Positions 50,801 to 60,515 of a DNA stretch of 64,000 nt are shown one piece after another. Origin of the DNA: an uncultured candidatus Porisulfidus sp. (GTDB lineage Bacteria > Pseudomonadota > Gammaproteobacteria > Poriferisulfidales > Poriferisulfidaceae). Under the pieces are notes generated by a model, which worked only from the letters and a program-made list of their open reading frames with translations, did not search any database and was not told the DNA's origin. Numbering within the stretch: position 1 is the first letter of the stretch; the number at the start of each line of letters is the position of its first letter. Where the stretch lies: positions 1,600,001 through 1,664,000 of the forward strand of contig OZ220480.1 in NCBI GenBank assembly GCA_965116025.1. The letters run 5' to 3'. A program made the position numbers and the translations under genes.

Positions 50801-51727
50801 CGCGTCGGCTATGAGATCGCCCGGCGCAGGGATAATGAGGATTGCGCCAGAAGTGAATATGAAAGCGCGGGCCTTTGGGGACCGCCGCCGCTTTTCTCGG
50901 AGCTATCCTTCGAGATAGAGGACAATCCGGCGGCGCCCTTTCTCCAGGTGGGCGAAGCCCCGGTGGTCGCGATTCTACGAGAGCAGGGAGTTAACGGACA
51001 TGTCGAGATGGCGGCCGCGTTCTCGCGAGCGGGATTTGTCTGCAGGGACGTGCGCATGAGCGATTTGCAGCGAGACCCGAGCCTTCTTGACGACGTGTCT
51101 GGATTGGCCGCTGGCGGCGGGTTTTCATATGGAGACGTTCTTGGGGCCGGGGGTGGGTGGGCGAAAAATATCCTGTACCACGAGGGCTTGCGAGAGGTTT
51201 TCAAGAAATTCTTCGAACGTCTGGATGTTTTCGCGTTGGGAGCCTGCAACGGTTGCCAGTTGCTTTCCCGGCTGAAGGATCTGATTCCCGGCGCCGAGCG
51301 CTGGCCGCGCTTCTTGCCAAACGTCAGCGAGCGATTCGAGGCTCGATTTTGCGAGGTCGAAATTCTCGAATCGCCCTCGATCTTCCTGCGCGGCATGGCT
51401 GGCAGCCGTCTTCCGATCGTGGTCGCGCATGGAGAGGGACGGGCCGAGCTCCGGCGTAACATGGAGGATCTGGAAGAATTCGCCTGCCTGCGCTATATCG
51501 ACGTGAGCGGGAACGCTACTGAGGAATATCCAGCCAATCCGAATGGCTCGCCAAACGGAATCACCGCGCTGACCAACGCGGATGGTCGCTTCACCATCAT
51601 GATGCCACATCCAGAACGCGCATTCCGCTCTCTGCAGTGCTCTTGGCATCCGCCGGAATGGGGAGAGGACTCCCCGTGGTCGCGTCTTTTCCAGAATGCG
51701 AGGGCCTGGGTCGGAGAGACGCGTTAA
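47867..51727 (+). CDS. purL: Phosphoribosylformylglycinamidine synthase (large type)
   Basis: PRLGTISPWSSKAT, NSEHCRHK, KVETHNHP, HDVGAGG, GKDSLSM, GGFSYGD, CNGCQ, MMPHPER. Confidence 0.98.
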   Translation: MPIRSHSGGQALTAHSLRKLNARLQAHGGGQVMGARFLHFADCERVLSPKEEKTFTKLLDYAPPVEDYPGSSSLILVVPRLGTISPWSSKATEIIQNCGLSAIRRVERGIEYRLDSVDRVSREQVDLLHDRMTESILADLNRIDKIFARSEPAQLERISLNPNPVEALREANRTYGLALSDADMEHLIQAYRDLGRDPTDAELMMFAQVNSEHCRHKIFNARWRIDGKPMKRSLFEMIQNTHETSPNGTLSAYLDNAAVLEGGRARRMSIDPKTGLWRDMEGEYGIVIKVETHNHPTGISPFPGAATGSGGEIRDETACGRGGRPKAGLCGFTVSNLDIDSWIRPWENPSRDRPSRMATPLDIMIEGPVGAASFNNEFGRPCLAGYFRTLEGEERTPSGIRGFGYHKPIMIAGGIGSIHLDHVQKQGIPEGTPLVVLGGPAMLIGLGGGAASSRHTGAGDERLDYASVQRSNPEMQRRAQEVIERCVARDKDNPILSVHDVGAGGLSNAIPELIQGEPGGAELDLREIPCADDGMSPREIWCNESQERYVLAIRGEDLDWFTEICQKERCPFAVIGKSTASGRLRLDDSRFGEAAADVPLVLLFGESSKMDIAVSSVEWSDAPLDMSGIDLLEAAERVLTLPCVASKSFLVTIGDRSVGGLTARDQMVGPWQVPVADAAVTTRDFEGTAGEAMAMGERPALAIHRPAASARMAVAEALTNLASVRVRDRARIRLSANWMAASSEPESLFGLHEAVKAVGLEFCPKLGVAIPVGKDSLSMQAAWGARRVTSPVSLIASAFAPVEDVRRHVTPLLRDDPETSLLLASLDANRRLGGSALAQVYGRTGSDAPDVEDPARLAAFFDLIQALLDEEDILAYHDRSDGGLFACLCESAFAGQVGLDIDLSVLEEDLLSYLFNEEIGAVLQVRAGRVDEITHRFRKAGLHCELIGGVLQKSLFQLRRRGKMKAIWSLPEMRKLWSRVGYEIARRRDNEDCARSEYESAGLWGPPPLFSELSFEIEDNPAAPFLQVGEAPVVAILREQGVNGHVEMAAAFSRAGFVCRDVRMSDLQRDPSLLDDVSGLAAGGGFSYGDVLGAGGGWAKNILYHEGLREVFKKFFERLDVFALGACNGCQLLSRLKDLIPGAERWPRFLPNVSERFEARFCEVEILESPSIFLRGMAGSRLPIVVAHGEGRAELRRNMEDLEEFACLRYIDVSGNATEEYPANPNGSPNGITALTNADGRFTIMMPHPERAFRSLQCSWHPPEWGEDSPWSRLFQNARAWVGETR

Positions 51728-51995
51728 CTCTCTTGTCTTGCGCTTTTTAGTACAATTAGCATGCAAGTTCCGGGCAAGCATTATGGTGAAGGCTTGTTGC
51801 CCATGGAGTACATGATGAAACCCTTGAACGAACGTCTCGTGCGAGGTTGGTTGGTTTGCCTCCGTGCACTGGCAGGACTCGTAACTTGTCTGCATCCCGA
51901 TTCCGATAATACAGGCGTAGCGTTTTTCTGCCGGATACTATCGTGCAGATGCGCCATGGGAATGACTGGCGAATGTCTCATCTATAGAGAGCCGG

Positions 51996-52916
51996 TTGCG
52001 TAACGTGGCCATACAAGCAGTTGCAACTAGTGATTTGCCGCTACCGCGCTCACGGCAGCGTCGCTGGGTCGTGTCCGCGGACTGCCGTGAGGTGATGTCG
52101 TCTATGAGGGAAAACAGTGTTTCCTTAATACTCACGGATCCACCTTATTTCATTGATGGGATGGATGATGGGTGGGACAATTCAGCCCTTGAAAGACGAT
52201 TGAGACCACATGGGGTGGTCGGCGCATTACCTATCGGGATGAAATTTGATGCGACGCAAGGGGAGAGGTTGCAGAAATTTCTTAAACCGATAGCGGAAGA
52301 ATGGATGCGGATCATTAAGCCCGGTGGATTTGTACTGTGCTTTTCTCAAAACAGACTGGCGCATCATACGGCTATGGCCATAGAGTTCGCTGGCTTTGAA
52401 ATTAGGGATATGCTCGCTTGGCGATACGAGGGGCAAGCGAAAGCGTTTTCGCAAGATCATTTCGTCCGCAAGCGAGATATTTCAGAAAAGGAAAAGGAGC
52501 GTCTTTTACAAAAGCTAGGTGGTCGGAAAACGCCACAATTAAAACCGCAATGTGAATTGATCGTCTTGGGGCAGGCTCCGCGCGAGGGGACTTTTGTTGA
52601 TAACTGGGACAAATGGGAGACAGGCTTGATTGACCCGCGTAATCCATTTCTAGAGGCAGGCAAATTCCCCGGCACTGTTGTTCCTGCGCCGAAACCGCGT
52701 GAGCGGCATGGACACATGACCGCGAAGCCAGTTGATTTGTTGCGCCACTTTATAAGAATTTTTTCCGCGGACACCGGGGTCGTTTTTGATCCATTCGCCG
52801 GATCTGGTTCAACTGGTGTAGCGGCACGCATGGAAGGGAGAAAATTTACAGGTGTGGAAATTGATAAGGCTATGGCGATCAATGCGGAACGGCGCATTGA
52901 GGCTATGGCCATATGA
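51996..52916 (+). CDS. Beta-class amino DNA methyltransferase (start uncertain)
   Basis: ILTDPPY near the N-terminus; H.T.KP..L; VFDPFAGSGSTG near the C-terminus. Confidence 0.92.
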   Translation: MRNVAIQAVATSDLPLPRSRQRRWVVSADCREVMSSMRENSVSLILTDPPYFIDGMDDGWDNSALERRLRPHGVVGALPIGMKFDATQGERLQKFLKPIAEEWMRIIKPGGFVLCFSQNRLAHHTAMAIEFAGFEIRDMLAWRYEGQAKAFSQDHFVRKRDISEKEKERLLQKLGGRKTPQLKPQCELIVLGQAPREGTFVDNWDKWETGLIDPRNPFLEAGKFPGTVVPAPKPRERHGHMTAKPVDLLRHFIRIFSADTGVVFDPFAGSGSTGVAARMEGRKFTGVEIDKAMAINAERRIEAMAI

Positions 52917-53590
52917 CTCTACCTAATCCTGATGACCTTCAGGCGGCATGGCTGGAGGTGAAAGACATTCATAAGGAACATCTTGCGATTCACGGGGTCA
53001 AGTTGCCAAAGGTTGACCACTATACGGAGAGCAACAAGTCTTTGTGGCTAGCTGTGTTGCACTGCTACATGGATAGGCATGTCCATAAGGATGAAATTTC
53101 AGAAATTGCGCAACGAGACATACCGGGATGTGGTTCAGATCAGCAGGTAAGACATCTGAAGCGAGATGGCTGGAGCATTGGCGACAAGCGCGGCATTCAT
53201 AAGTTAAATCCGTACAAACCGTCCCTTACTTTCCTGAATACAGACGCGCGCAAACAGTCAAGATTAGTAGCTAAAGATTTTAATGAATTAAAAGAAATTT
53301 ATGGACATCGATGTGCTACATGCGGGGCCAGAGAGGGAAGGCCAGATCCTCGTTATGGAGAGGAAAAGGTCTCATTACAGCAGGGGCATCAAGACCCGAA
53401 TAAACCGGGTGACGACAGGGGCAACATCATTCCTCAGTGCCAGTTCTGCAACAGGTCTTACAAGAACGACTATGTTTTCGATGATAAGGGTCGTGTCCGT
53501 GCTGTTGCGAATGTCCGACCAGTTCAGCATGCGCATGAAGATGTGCAGAGAAAAATCCTTGATTGGCTGCTGAAGGAGTTCGAGAGATGA
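52913..53590 (+). CDS. HNH (betabetaalpha-Me) restriction endonuclease, MboII/KpnI-like
   Basis: Q.RHL...GW, RCATCG..EG, LQQGHQDP, NIIPQCQFCN; ATGA overlap with the MTase. Confidence 0.8.
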   Translation: MTLPNPDDLQAAWLEVKDIHKEHLAIHGVKLPKVDHYTESNKSLWLAVLHCYMDRHVHKDEISEIAQRDIPGCGSDQQVRHLKRDGWSIGDKRGIHKLNPYKPSLTFLNTDARKQSRLVAKDFNELKEIYGHRCATCGAREGRPDPRYGEEKVSLQQGHQDPNKPGDDRGNIIPQCQFCNRSYKNDYVFDDKGRVRAVANVRPVQHAHEDVQRKILDWLLKEFER

Positions 53591-53796
53591 ATTGTTGCGA
53601 AAGAAGAGTATGGTACTTGTCGGGTGCTTTCGAACCCGACAGAAATCTCTTCGCCGAAGCGGACCATCGGAGCCCGCATGCGGGAGATGCCGAAGAAACG
53701 TTGACGGCTCATAAAGAAGCGGGACGAGTCTTGATCGATTCAGACATGTCGCGGGGCGCGCGCGGTTCCCATCCTTTTTGATCTCCAGGTCGTTCG

Positions 53797-54789
53797 GTGG
53801 AGCAACGCATACAAGTCGAGGCGCCCGCGCGCCTGCACTTGGGTTTCTTAGACCTTCGCGGAGATTTGGGACGTCGCTTCGGGGGGGTCGGGGTTAGCCT
53901 GGAGGAAATTCGGACCCGTGTGGAATGCATCCGTGGCGGGGTGGAATGCCGCGCCACGGGGCCTGACTCGGAGCGCGCGCTCGAGTACGCTCACTCGATA
54001 CTAGTCGCGACGAGGTGCGAAGGGGCCGTCAGCGTCAAGGTGTGCCAAGCGATTCCGCGTCATGCGGGGCTAGGATCTGGCACGCAAATGGCCTTAGCCG
54101 TTGGCACGGCGGTGAGCCACCTGTTCGAGTTGGACCTGAATCCGTATGATATCGCGGAGATGCTTGGTCGGGGAGGGCGTTCTGGCATTGGGATCGGCTC
54201 GTTCGAGCAGGGAGGCTTTCTGGTGGATGGCGGGAGGGGAGACGAAGATATGCCTCCTCCGATCATCGCTCGGCATGCTTTCCCCAACAACTGGAGGATC
54301 ATTCTGCTGATGGCGCGCGGCGACAAGGAGGGACTCTCCGGCGAGACGGAACGTCGCGCCTTCGTCGATCTTCCAGAGTTTCCCGCCGCGGACGCGGCAC
54401 GCCTGTGCCATTTGACCCTGATGCGGGTTCTGCCGTCCCTCCGGGAATTCTGGTTTTCGGGTTTCGCTTCGGGGATAGGCGAGATGCAGGACAGGATCGG
54501 AGATTACTTCGCTCCCGCGCAAGGCGGGCGGGTCGCGCACCAGAAGGTCATGAACATCCTCAAGCGAGCGAAACGGCTCGGATTTTCTGGAGTCGGCCAA
54601 AGCTCCTGGGGGCCGACTGGATTCATCCTGACGGACGGGGAGGACCGGGCCCGCGAGCTGGTCCGGGAACTCCAGCCCGTCGATGAGGGGCTGAAGGTTC
54701 GAATCGTCAGCGCTTCCAACCAAGGACATCAATGTATATCCACCGACATGACGAAAGTGGAAAATACGGATCCTCAAACCATAACATGA
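53797..54789 (+). CDS. mptG: Beta-ribofuranosylaminobenzene 5'-phosphate synthase (Orf4)
   Basis: PARLHLGFLD, GHMP motif HAGLGSGTQ, GRG.RSGIG, GGF.VDGG, GQSSWGPT. Confidence 0.92.
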   Translation: MEQRIQVEAPARLHLGFLDLRGDLGRRFGGVGVSLEEIRTRVECIRGGVECRATGPDSERALEYAHSILVATRCEGAVSVKVCQAIPRHAGLGSGTQMALAVGTAVSHLFELDLNPYDIAEMLGRGGRSGIGIGSFEQGGFLVDGGRGDEDMPPPIIARHAFPNNWRIILLMARGDKEGLSGETERRAFVDLPEFPAADAARLCHLTLMRVLPSLREFWFSGFASGIGEMQDRIGDYFAPAQGGRVAHQKVMNILKRAKRLGFSGVGQSSWGPTGFILTDGEDRARELVRELQPVDEGLKVRIVSASNQGHQCISTDMTKVENTDPQTIT

Positions 54790-54808
54790 CATGCAAGGAA
54801 GGAACCTC

Positions 54809-55708
54809 ATGGAGAAAAAATATCTTTTGCACATGCTGACTTCGGCGAAGAACCTGAGTCCGTTCGACGCTAACATGGCCTACGATGCTGGCTGGGATAC
54901 CTGCGTTCCCTATACCCAGGTGGAAACGGACGAGGTCAAGGGACTGGTTGAGGACGCGATCTTCTCACGGGGGCCAAGCGGCGGAAAACGCACCGGCTTG
55001 TTCATTGGCGGGCGCGACATGCACCAGGCCATGGATATGTTGGAAGTCTGCCAGAAGTCCATGCTTCCCCCGTTCGTCGTGTCGGCGTTTGCGGATCCCA
55101 GTGGGGCGTTCACGACGGCAGCGGCCATGGTAGCCAAGGTGGAGAAAGCCCTGCGCGACACCCATTCGATGGATCTTTCAGGACGGCGCGTTCTGGCGCT
55201 CGGCGGCACGGGGCCGGTGGGCTCAGCGGCGGCCGTGATCGCCGCGAGCGCGGGCGCTCGCGTCACCATTTTGGGGCGGAAGAAGGAGAAAAGCGCCGAT
55301 GTGGCTGATTTGTGCAACCGAAAGTATGGTGCGGACCCGGAGGTCGATGGTGAGGCCAACGATCAATTGGACCAGTTGCTGGAAGACGCGGATGTCGTGC
55401 TCGCGTCAGCCGCCGCTGGCATTCAGTTAGTGTCGAGGGAGCAGATGTCCCAGGCCCCCAAGCTGAAAGTGGCCGCGGACGTCAACGCGGTGCCGCCCTC
55501 CGGCATCCATGGGCTAGGGGTCATGGACGATGGCGGCCCGATTGAGGATTCTCGGAGCGGAGCGGTCGGCATCGGCGCGCTCGCTATCGGGAACGTGAAA
55601 TACCAGACCCAGCATCGATTGCTCCAGCGGATGCGGAGGTCCAAGGAGCCGGTGTACCTTCATTTCGAGCATGCCTTCGAAGTGGCGCGTCAGTGCGCCT
55701 CGGAATAG
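54809..55708 (+). CDS. mtdB: NAD(P)-dependent methylene-H4MPT dehydrogenase
   Basis: SPFD.NMA.DAG, DAIFSRGP, ADPSGAFTTAAAMVA, GGTGPVG, DVNAVPP, GALAIGNVKY. Confidence 0.93.
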   Translation: MEKKYLLHMLTSAKNLSPFDANMAYDAGWDTCVPYTQVETDEVKGLVEDAIFSRGPSGGKRTGLFIGGRDMHQAMDMLEVCQKSMLPPFVVSAFADPSGAFTTAAAMVAKVEKALRDTHSMDLSGRRVLALGGTGPVGSAAAVIAASAGARVTILGRKKEKSADVADLCNRKYGADPEVDGEANDQLDQLLEDADVVLASAAAGIQLVSREQMSQAPKLKVAADVNAVPPSGIHGLGVMDDGGPIEDSRSGAVGIGALAIGNVKYQTQHRLLQRMRRSKEPVYLHFEHAFEVARQCASE

Positions 55709-56852
55709 CGGGAAGCTGTTTCTTCTGTCGGCCTCGGCGCGGGCGCATGCGTGGGTTGCCATGCGTCGCTTGCGTCCGGTCGTGGCTATTGACGGCTTCC
55801 TCGACGCGGATCTGATTGCTGACGATACGGTCCGGGCCACCTTGGACCACGGGCAATTCACGCCGGAAATCCTGGAGATCGTGTCGAAAAGGAGCCGGTC
55901 AGGCGATGCGCTGGCCTACGGTTCTGGATTCGAGGCGCGTCCCGATTTGCTGGATCGGTTGCGAGCTTCCGTCCACGTGCTGGGGAACGCCCCCGATGTC
56001 GTGCGCCTATGCTCTGACCCCTTTCGCCTGTCCAAGCGTCTCGCGAGCCTCGGGTTGCGTGGACCGGAAACCCTGAATCGCCCGCCTGAAAACCGGGAAA
56101 ATTGGCTCGTCAAAAGAAAAGGCCGGTCCGGTGGGCATCATGTTCAGCCTGCCTCCCAGGTTTCTGGACGCTCGAGTTCTTTGTGCTGGCAACGCGAATG
56201 CGCTGGCGAGCCACATTCCGCGTTGCTTCTGGCGGGGGATGGGAAAGCTCGGATCGTCGGGATCAGTCGATCGCTGGCTTCCGAAAGTCCCGACGCGCCA
56301 TACGCGTGGAGTGGCGCTATCGGTCCGATTAGGGTGAAGCCCGAGGTTATCGAGCAAGTACAATGGGCGGCGCGAGTTTTGGCGCGCGACCTTAATCTTC
56401 TCGGCCTTTGCGGCATTGATTTCATCATCGATTCTAAAAAAGAGGCGCATGTCGTGGATGTTAATCCGAGATTGGTGGCCACTTGCGAGCTGTACGCGGA
56501 GCGTTTCATCTCCGACTACATGAGCGCGCACGTCGAGACTTGCCGCTCCGGTGACCCTGACGAGCATCTGCTTCCTGATGTGAAACGAAGGGGCGGCACG
56601 TGGGGGATGCGAGTGGTATACGCGCCATGCGCGACGATGGCTATGGATAGCTGGATCTGGCCGAAGGGAACGTCCGACCTTCCGATCCCGGGCTCCCGCG
56701 TGGAAGTTGGACGGCCCTTATGCACCGTGCGGGGCCGTTTTTCCAGCGTCGACGAAGCGCGCGCGGGTTTGCGGGCCCTCCGCCAGCAGGTTTTGGCGCG
56801 TTTGCGCCCCGCGTCACCCCACCAAAATTCTTCCCGGAGTTCCCACCCATGA
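55671..56852 (+). CDS. ATP-grasp protein OrfY of the H4MPT/methanofuran C1 cluster (start uncertain)
   Basis: SARA, D.F.D.D, GSGFE, WLVK...SGG, GL.GIDF, VNPRL; position between mtdB and mch. Confidence 0.8.
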   Translation: MPSKWRVSAPRNSGKLFLLSASARAHAWVAMRRLRPVVAIDGFLDADLIADDTVRATLDHGQFTPEILEIVSKRSRSGDALAYGSGFEARPDLLDRLRASVHVLGNAPDVVRLCSDPFRLSKRLASLGLRGPETLNRPPENRENWLVKRKGRSGGHHVQPASQVSGRSSSLCWQRECAGEPHSALLLAGDGKARIVGISRSLASESPDAPYAWSGAIGPIRVKPEVIEQVQWAARVLARDLNLLGLCGIDFIIDSKKEAHVVDVNPRLVATCELYAERFISDYMSAHVETCRSGDPDEHLLPDVKRRGGTWGMRVVYAPCATMAMDSWIWPKGTSDLPIPGSRVEVGRPLCTVRGRFSSVDEARAGLRALRQQVLARLRPASPHQNSSRSSHP

Positions 56853-57811
56853 GATCACCTATAAGCATCAATCGTCAGGCCGAACCCTTGGTCCGCTCTC
56901 TCTCCCAGCAGGCATGGAGCCTGCGCATCGCGGAGTCGCCCACGGAAGAGGGAGTCTGGGTGATGGATGCCGGTATCAACGTGGTTGGTGGCATTGAGGC
57001 GGGCCGCCAGATCGCGGAGATATGCATGGGCGGAATGGGGCAGGCCACGCTGACCTACAGTGGATTGGGGGACTGGCCGTTAACCATACATGTCCACACG
57101 CAACATCCGGTGTTGGCCTGTCTGGCGAGCCAGTACGCGGGGTGGTCCCTGAGTGACAAGGAAAGCGGGTTTCACGCGCTGGGATCGGGGCCGGCCCGCT
57201 GCATGGCGCAAAAAGAGGATTTGTTCCAGAAAATCGATTACCGCGATTCCTACATCTACACGGCCTTGGTTTTGGAAGTCGACAAGATTCCCCCACGAGC
57301 CGTGCGCGAGAAAATCTGCGCGGACTGCGGAGTCGAGCCATTCAACTTGACCTTGATTTTGACTCCCACCACGAGTCTGGCTGGAACGGTCCAGGTCGTG
57401 GGCCGGGTGCTGGAGGTGGGGTTGCACAAGGCCCATGAGCTGGGGTTCGACCTGAATTGCGTGGTGGATGGCATTGGAAGCGCCCCGATTCCTCCGCTGG
57501 ACAGCTCGAGCATGGTGCGGATGATGGGCCGCACGAACGACGCCATCCTGTTCGGGGGGCAGATCAAGCTCTTCGTCCAGTCCACTGACGAGGAGGCGGA
57601 GCGGCTCGCGACGGATCTGCCCAGTTGCACGTCCCGCGATTACGGCAAGCCGTTCGCCGAGGTTTTCAAGGAGCACGACCACGACTTCTTCCAGATCGAC
57701 CCAATGCTGTTCAGCCCGGCTCGAGTCCTGGTTAACAACATCCGCACGGGACGCTCGTTCGCCGCCGGCGAGATCAACCACGATTTGCTCGAGCAGTCAT
57801 TCGCGCGATGA
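56849..57811 (+). CDS. mch: Methenyl-H4MPT cyclohydrolase
   Basis: G.IEAG...AEICMGG.G, ACLASQYAGW, GSGPAR, PT.SLAG.VQV..R, MGRTNDAI, ID..LFSPA. Confidence 0.96.
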   Translation: MRSPISINRQAEPLVRSLSQQAWSLRIAESPTEEGVWVMDAGINVVGGIEAGRQIAEICMGGMGQATLTYSGLGDWPLTIHVHTQHPVLACLASQYAGWSLSDKESGFHALGSGPARCMAQKEDLFQKIDYRDSYIYTALVLEVDKIPPRAVREKICADCGVEPFNLTLILTPTTSLAGTVQVVGRVLEVGLHKAHELGFDLNCVVDGIGSAPIPPLDSSSMVRMMGRTNDAILFGGQIKLFVQSTDEEAERLATDLPSCTSRDYGKPFAEVFKEHDHDFFQIDPMLFSPARVLVNNIRTGRSFAAGEINHDLLEQSFAR

Positions 57812-58719
57812 TCGCGCGCGGGCGTTACGCCATCGTGACCGACCAGCCAGGCTGGCATGGTCACCAATTGCGCCAAGCATTGGAGGATCGAGGGCTAGAG
57901 GGCGTTTTCGTGAGACTGCAGGAATGCCGATTGGAGACGAGGGACGACGGACCGAGAATCGAGATTCCCGGCTTCGAGGAGGCGCTTCCGGCAGGGGCGT
58001 TCATTCGCGAGGTGCCCGGGGGAAGCCTCGAGGAAGTCGTCTTCTATCTGGATATCCTGCATGCTCTGGAAGTTTCGGGCATCAAGGTCTACAACGATGC
58101 TGGCGCGATCGAGCGTAGCGTGGATAAGGCTCGGGCCAGCTTTCTGTTCGCCTCGCGCGGCGTTCCTACGCCGCGCACTTTCGTGGCGCGGAACCTTCGC
58201 CAAGTCCGTGACTTCTTGGATCACTGGCTGGCGGCCCGAGAGCATCTGGTGGCGAAGCCGGTCTTCGGATCTCAAGGCAGGGGGCTGAAGCTCCTGTCGC
58301 GAGACGATCCTCATCCTGATTACGATCTGTCTCGCGGAATTTACTATCTTCAGGAATACATCGAGCCGGCAACGTCCGGCTATCGCGATTGGAGGGTGCT
58401 GGTCGTTGGAGGACGGGCCGTGGCCGCTATGCGCAGGGAGAGCGAAGACTGGATCAGCAATATCGCTAATGGAGGGCAGGGCCACCCTGTCTCGCTTGAG
58501 CCGGAACTAAGCCAACTGGCGGAGCGCGCGGTGGCGGCGGTCGAGATGCCGTACGCTGGCGTGGATCTGATGCGTGATCGAGAAGGAGTCGTTTGGGTGA
58601 CCGAGGTCAACAGCATTCCGGCATGGAAGGGACTTCAGGAGACGCACCAGGCGAGCGTAACCGACATGCTCATCGAGGGATTCTTGATCCACTGCCATGG
58701 AGAAGCCTCGGCTTCCTGA
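57808..58719 (+). CDS. RimK-family ATP-grasp glutamate ligase (Orf5)
   Basis: GWH, GGSLE, N.A.AIERSVDK, KPVFGSQG.G, D.RV.V, YAGVD, EVNSIPAW.GLQ. Confidence 0.9.
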   Translation: MIARGRYAIVTDQPGWHGHQLRQALEDRGLEGVFVRLQECRLETRDDGPRIEIPGFEEALPAGAFIREVPGGSLEEVVFYLDILHALEVSGIKVYNDAGAIERSVDKARASFLFASRGVPTPRTFVARNLRQVRDFLDHWLAAREHLVAKPVFGSQGRGLKLLSRDDPHPDYDLSRGIYYLQEYIEPATSGYRDWRVLVVGGRAVAAMRRESEDWISNIANGGQGHPVSLEPELSQLAERAVAAVEMPYAGVDLMRDREGVVWVTEVNSIPAWKGLQETHQASVTDMLIEGFLIHCHGEASAS

Positions 58720-58731
58720 CTAGGACTCTGA

Positions 58732-59637
58732 ATGGCCAGGCACCTGCGCGCTTGCTATGACCCTTCTTGGCGTTTCGCCTCGCGGCAGTTCCTGTACGCC
58801 TGCATGCTGGATCAGCAGGCGCTGAAGCCTGGCAACGTTGGACTGCATGGAGAGGGACACGGAAAAACCAGTCAGGATTTTCGGCGTAGCGCTCAAGCGT
58901 CAGCCGAGCTCGTCACTCGCCCGGATTGGAGCTTGGGCCGCAGGATCCGTGAGGCGGCCCAAGCGAGCTGGGATGTGGCGGGTTGCAATACCAACCTTGG
59001 AGTCTTGCTTCTGGCCGCGCCACTCGTTTCCGCCTATTACCGAAAAGAGCCGGTCGGGCTGGGTCAGCGCGTCGAAAGCGCGCTAGCCGAGACCACCGTC
59101 GAGGACGCGCGGGAAGCGTATCGAGCGATCCGGCTGGTCCGCCCCGCGGGGTTGGGGCGTGCCGAGCGGGCGGATGTTCGCGACCGTCCGAACGTTTCTT
59201 TGCGCGAAGCTATGGAGCTGGCCGCTGGAAGAGACCGAATCGCCGCGGAATATCGGGATGGGCTTCCAGTCGTCCTCTCCGAGGCCCGGCCGCTATGGGA
59301 GTCGCTATGTTTTCGCTGGGACGACGAGCGGTGGGCGATGGCCGGAGTTTTCCTGACCCTCCTTGGGCGCTATCCGGACTCCCACATCGCCCGCACGCAT
59401 GGCGAGGAGGCGGCGCGTTCGGTTAGTGGTAAGATTAAAAGGCTAGCCGATGAATTTCGTGAGACCGATTCTCCCGAAGACTATCGGCCAAGGCTCCTGG
59501 AACTGGACGCTTCATGGAAGAGCTCAGGTTTCAGCCCGGGAACCACAGCGGATTTGACCCTGGCTGGGGTCTTCGCCGCTCGGCTCGACGGGTGGAGCAA
59601 AGATAAGGACAAGGCTGTTCTTGTCGCCGGGGGGTGA
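58732..59637 (+). CDS. CitG-like triphosphoribosyl-dephospho-CoA synthase (Orf7)
   Basis: KPGNV, NTNLG..LL.APL, AI....P.GLG, DSHI.R..G, PGTTADL. Confidence 0.9.
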   Translation: MARHLRACYDPSWRFASRQFLYACMLDQQALKPGNVGLHGEGHGKTSQDFRRSAQASAELVTRPDWSLGRRIREAAQASWDVAGCNTNLGVLLLAAPLVSAYYRKEPVGLGQRVESALAETTVEDAREAYRAIRLVRPAGLGRAERADVRDRPNVSLREAMELAAGRDRIAAEYRDGLPVVLSEARPLWESLCFRWDDERWAMAGVFLTLLGRYPDSHIARTHGEEAARSVSGKIKRLADEFRETDSPEDYRPRLLELDASWKSSGFSPGTTADLTLAGVFAARLDGWSKDKDKAVLVAGG

Positions 59638-59715
59638 CTCCCGAAATCCGCTGGATTCGCCGGGTTGCTCGTCGGGTCCGCTGTTTGCAAAACAAAAACT
59701 GGAGTAACTGTAACA

Positions 59716-60240
59716 ATGGCAATCGATAAAGTTCTCGTGGGTGAGGCTTTGGTCAACGACAACGATCCTTCGGGGACCATGGCCGAAATCGCTCACATCG
59801 ATCTTCTAATTGGCCCGCGCGGCTCCGCCGCGGAGACGGCTTTCTGCAATGGTCTGGTCAACAACAAGGACGGCTTCACGACGCTGCTCGCGGTGGTAGG
59901 GCCCAACCTGCCCTGTAAGCCGGACACCATGATGTACAACAAGGTCACGATCAAGGGGGCCAAGCAAGCCGTCCAGATGTTCGGTCCCGCCCAAAAGGCG
60001 GTCGCCATGGCGGTCGCCGATTCCGTGGAATCCGGGGTCATCTCGAAAGACGAGTGCGACAATCTGTATATCTGCGTTGGCGTGTTCATCCACTGGGAGG
60101 CCGACAGCGATGCCGCGATCTACGAGAATAACTACAAAGCGACTAAGCAGGCTATCGCGAACGCCGTGAACGGGGTCCCGACCGTGGACGACATGCTTTC
60201 CCAGAAAGATACCACCGACCATCCGTTCCAGGGCTTCTGA
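59716..60240 (+). CDS. fae: Formaldehyde-activating enzyme
   Basis: GEALV, E.AHIDL.IGPRG, KVTIK...[20 protein letters not shown]. Confidence 0.96.
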   Translation: MAIDKVLVGEALVNDNDPSGTMAEIAHIDLLIGPRGSAAETAFCNGLVNNKDGFTTLLAVVGPNLPCKPDTMMYNKVTIKGAKQAVQMFGPAQKAVAMAVADSVESGVISKDECDNLYICVGVFIHWEADSDAAIYENNYKATKQAIANAVNGVPTVDDMLSQKDTTDHPFQGF

Positions 60241-60251
60241 TCAAGCCTTTC

Positions 60252-60294
60252 GCATAAAAAAACGCCGCGCTTCGCGCGGCGTTTTTTTATGCGC
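60252..60294. terminator. Bidirectional rho-independent terminator after fae
   Basis: ATAAAAAAACGCCGCGC-TTC-GCGCGGCGTTTTTTTAT. Confidence 0.88.
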
Positions 60295-60515
60295 GAGGCC
60301 GGGTTTTCAAGGATTCGTCCAGAGCGCTTTCTCGATTCCAGGTATTTTGACGTGACCATCTAGCTTTCTCGGGCGACAGTTTCGTGATATTTCTCTTCGC
60401 CCACCCGTCACGCGTATGCGTGGCCTCATAGCGCTTTTGACCGACGGTCGTTTTGTGATAGCATGATTGGAATAGAATCGGCAGTCAGATTTTCTATCGA
60501 ACAGGAGACGGCGAT

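Noticed and set aside
53587-53781. Small ORF overlapping the HNH nuclease stop
   Set aside because: No recognisable motif and no RBS support; probably spurious or a remnant.
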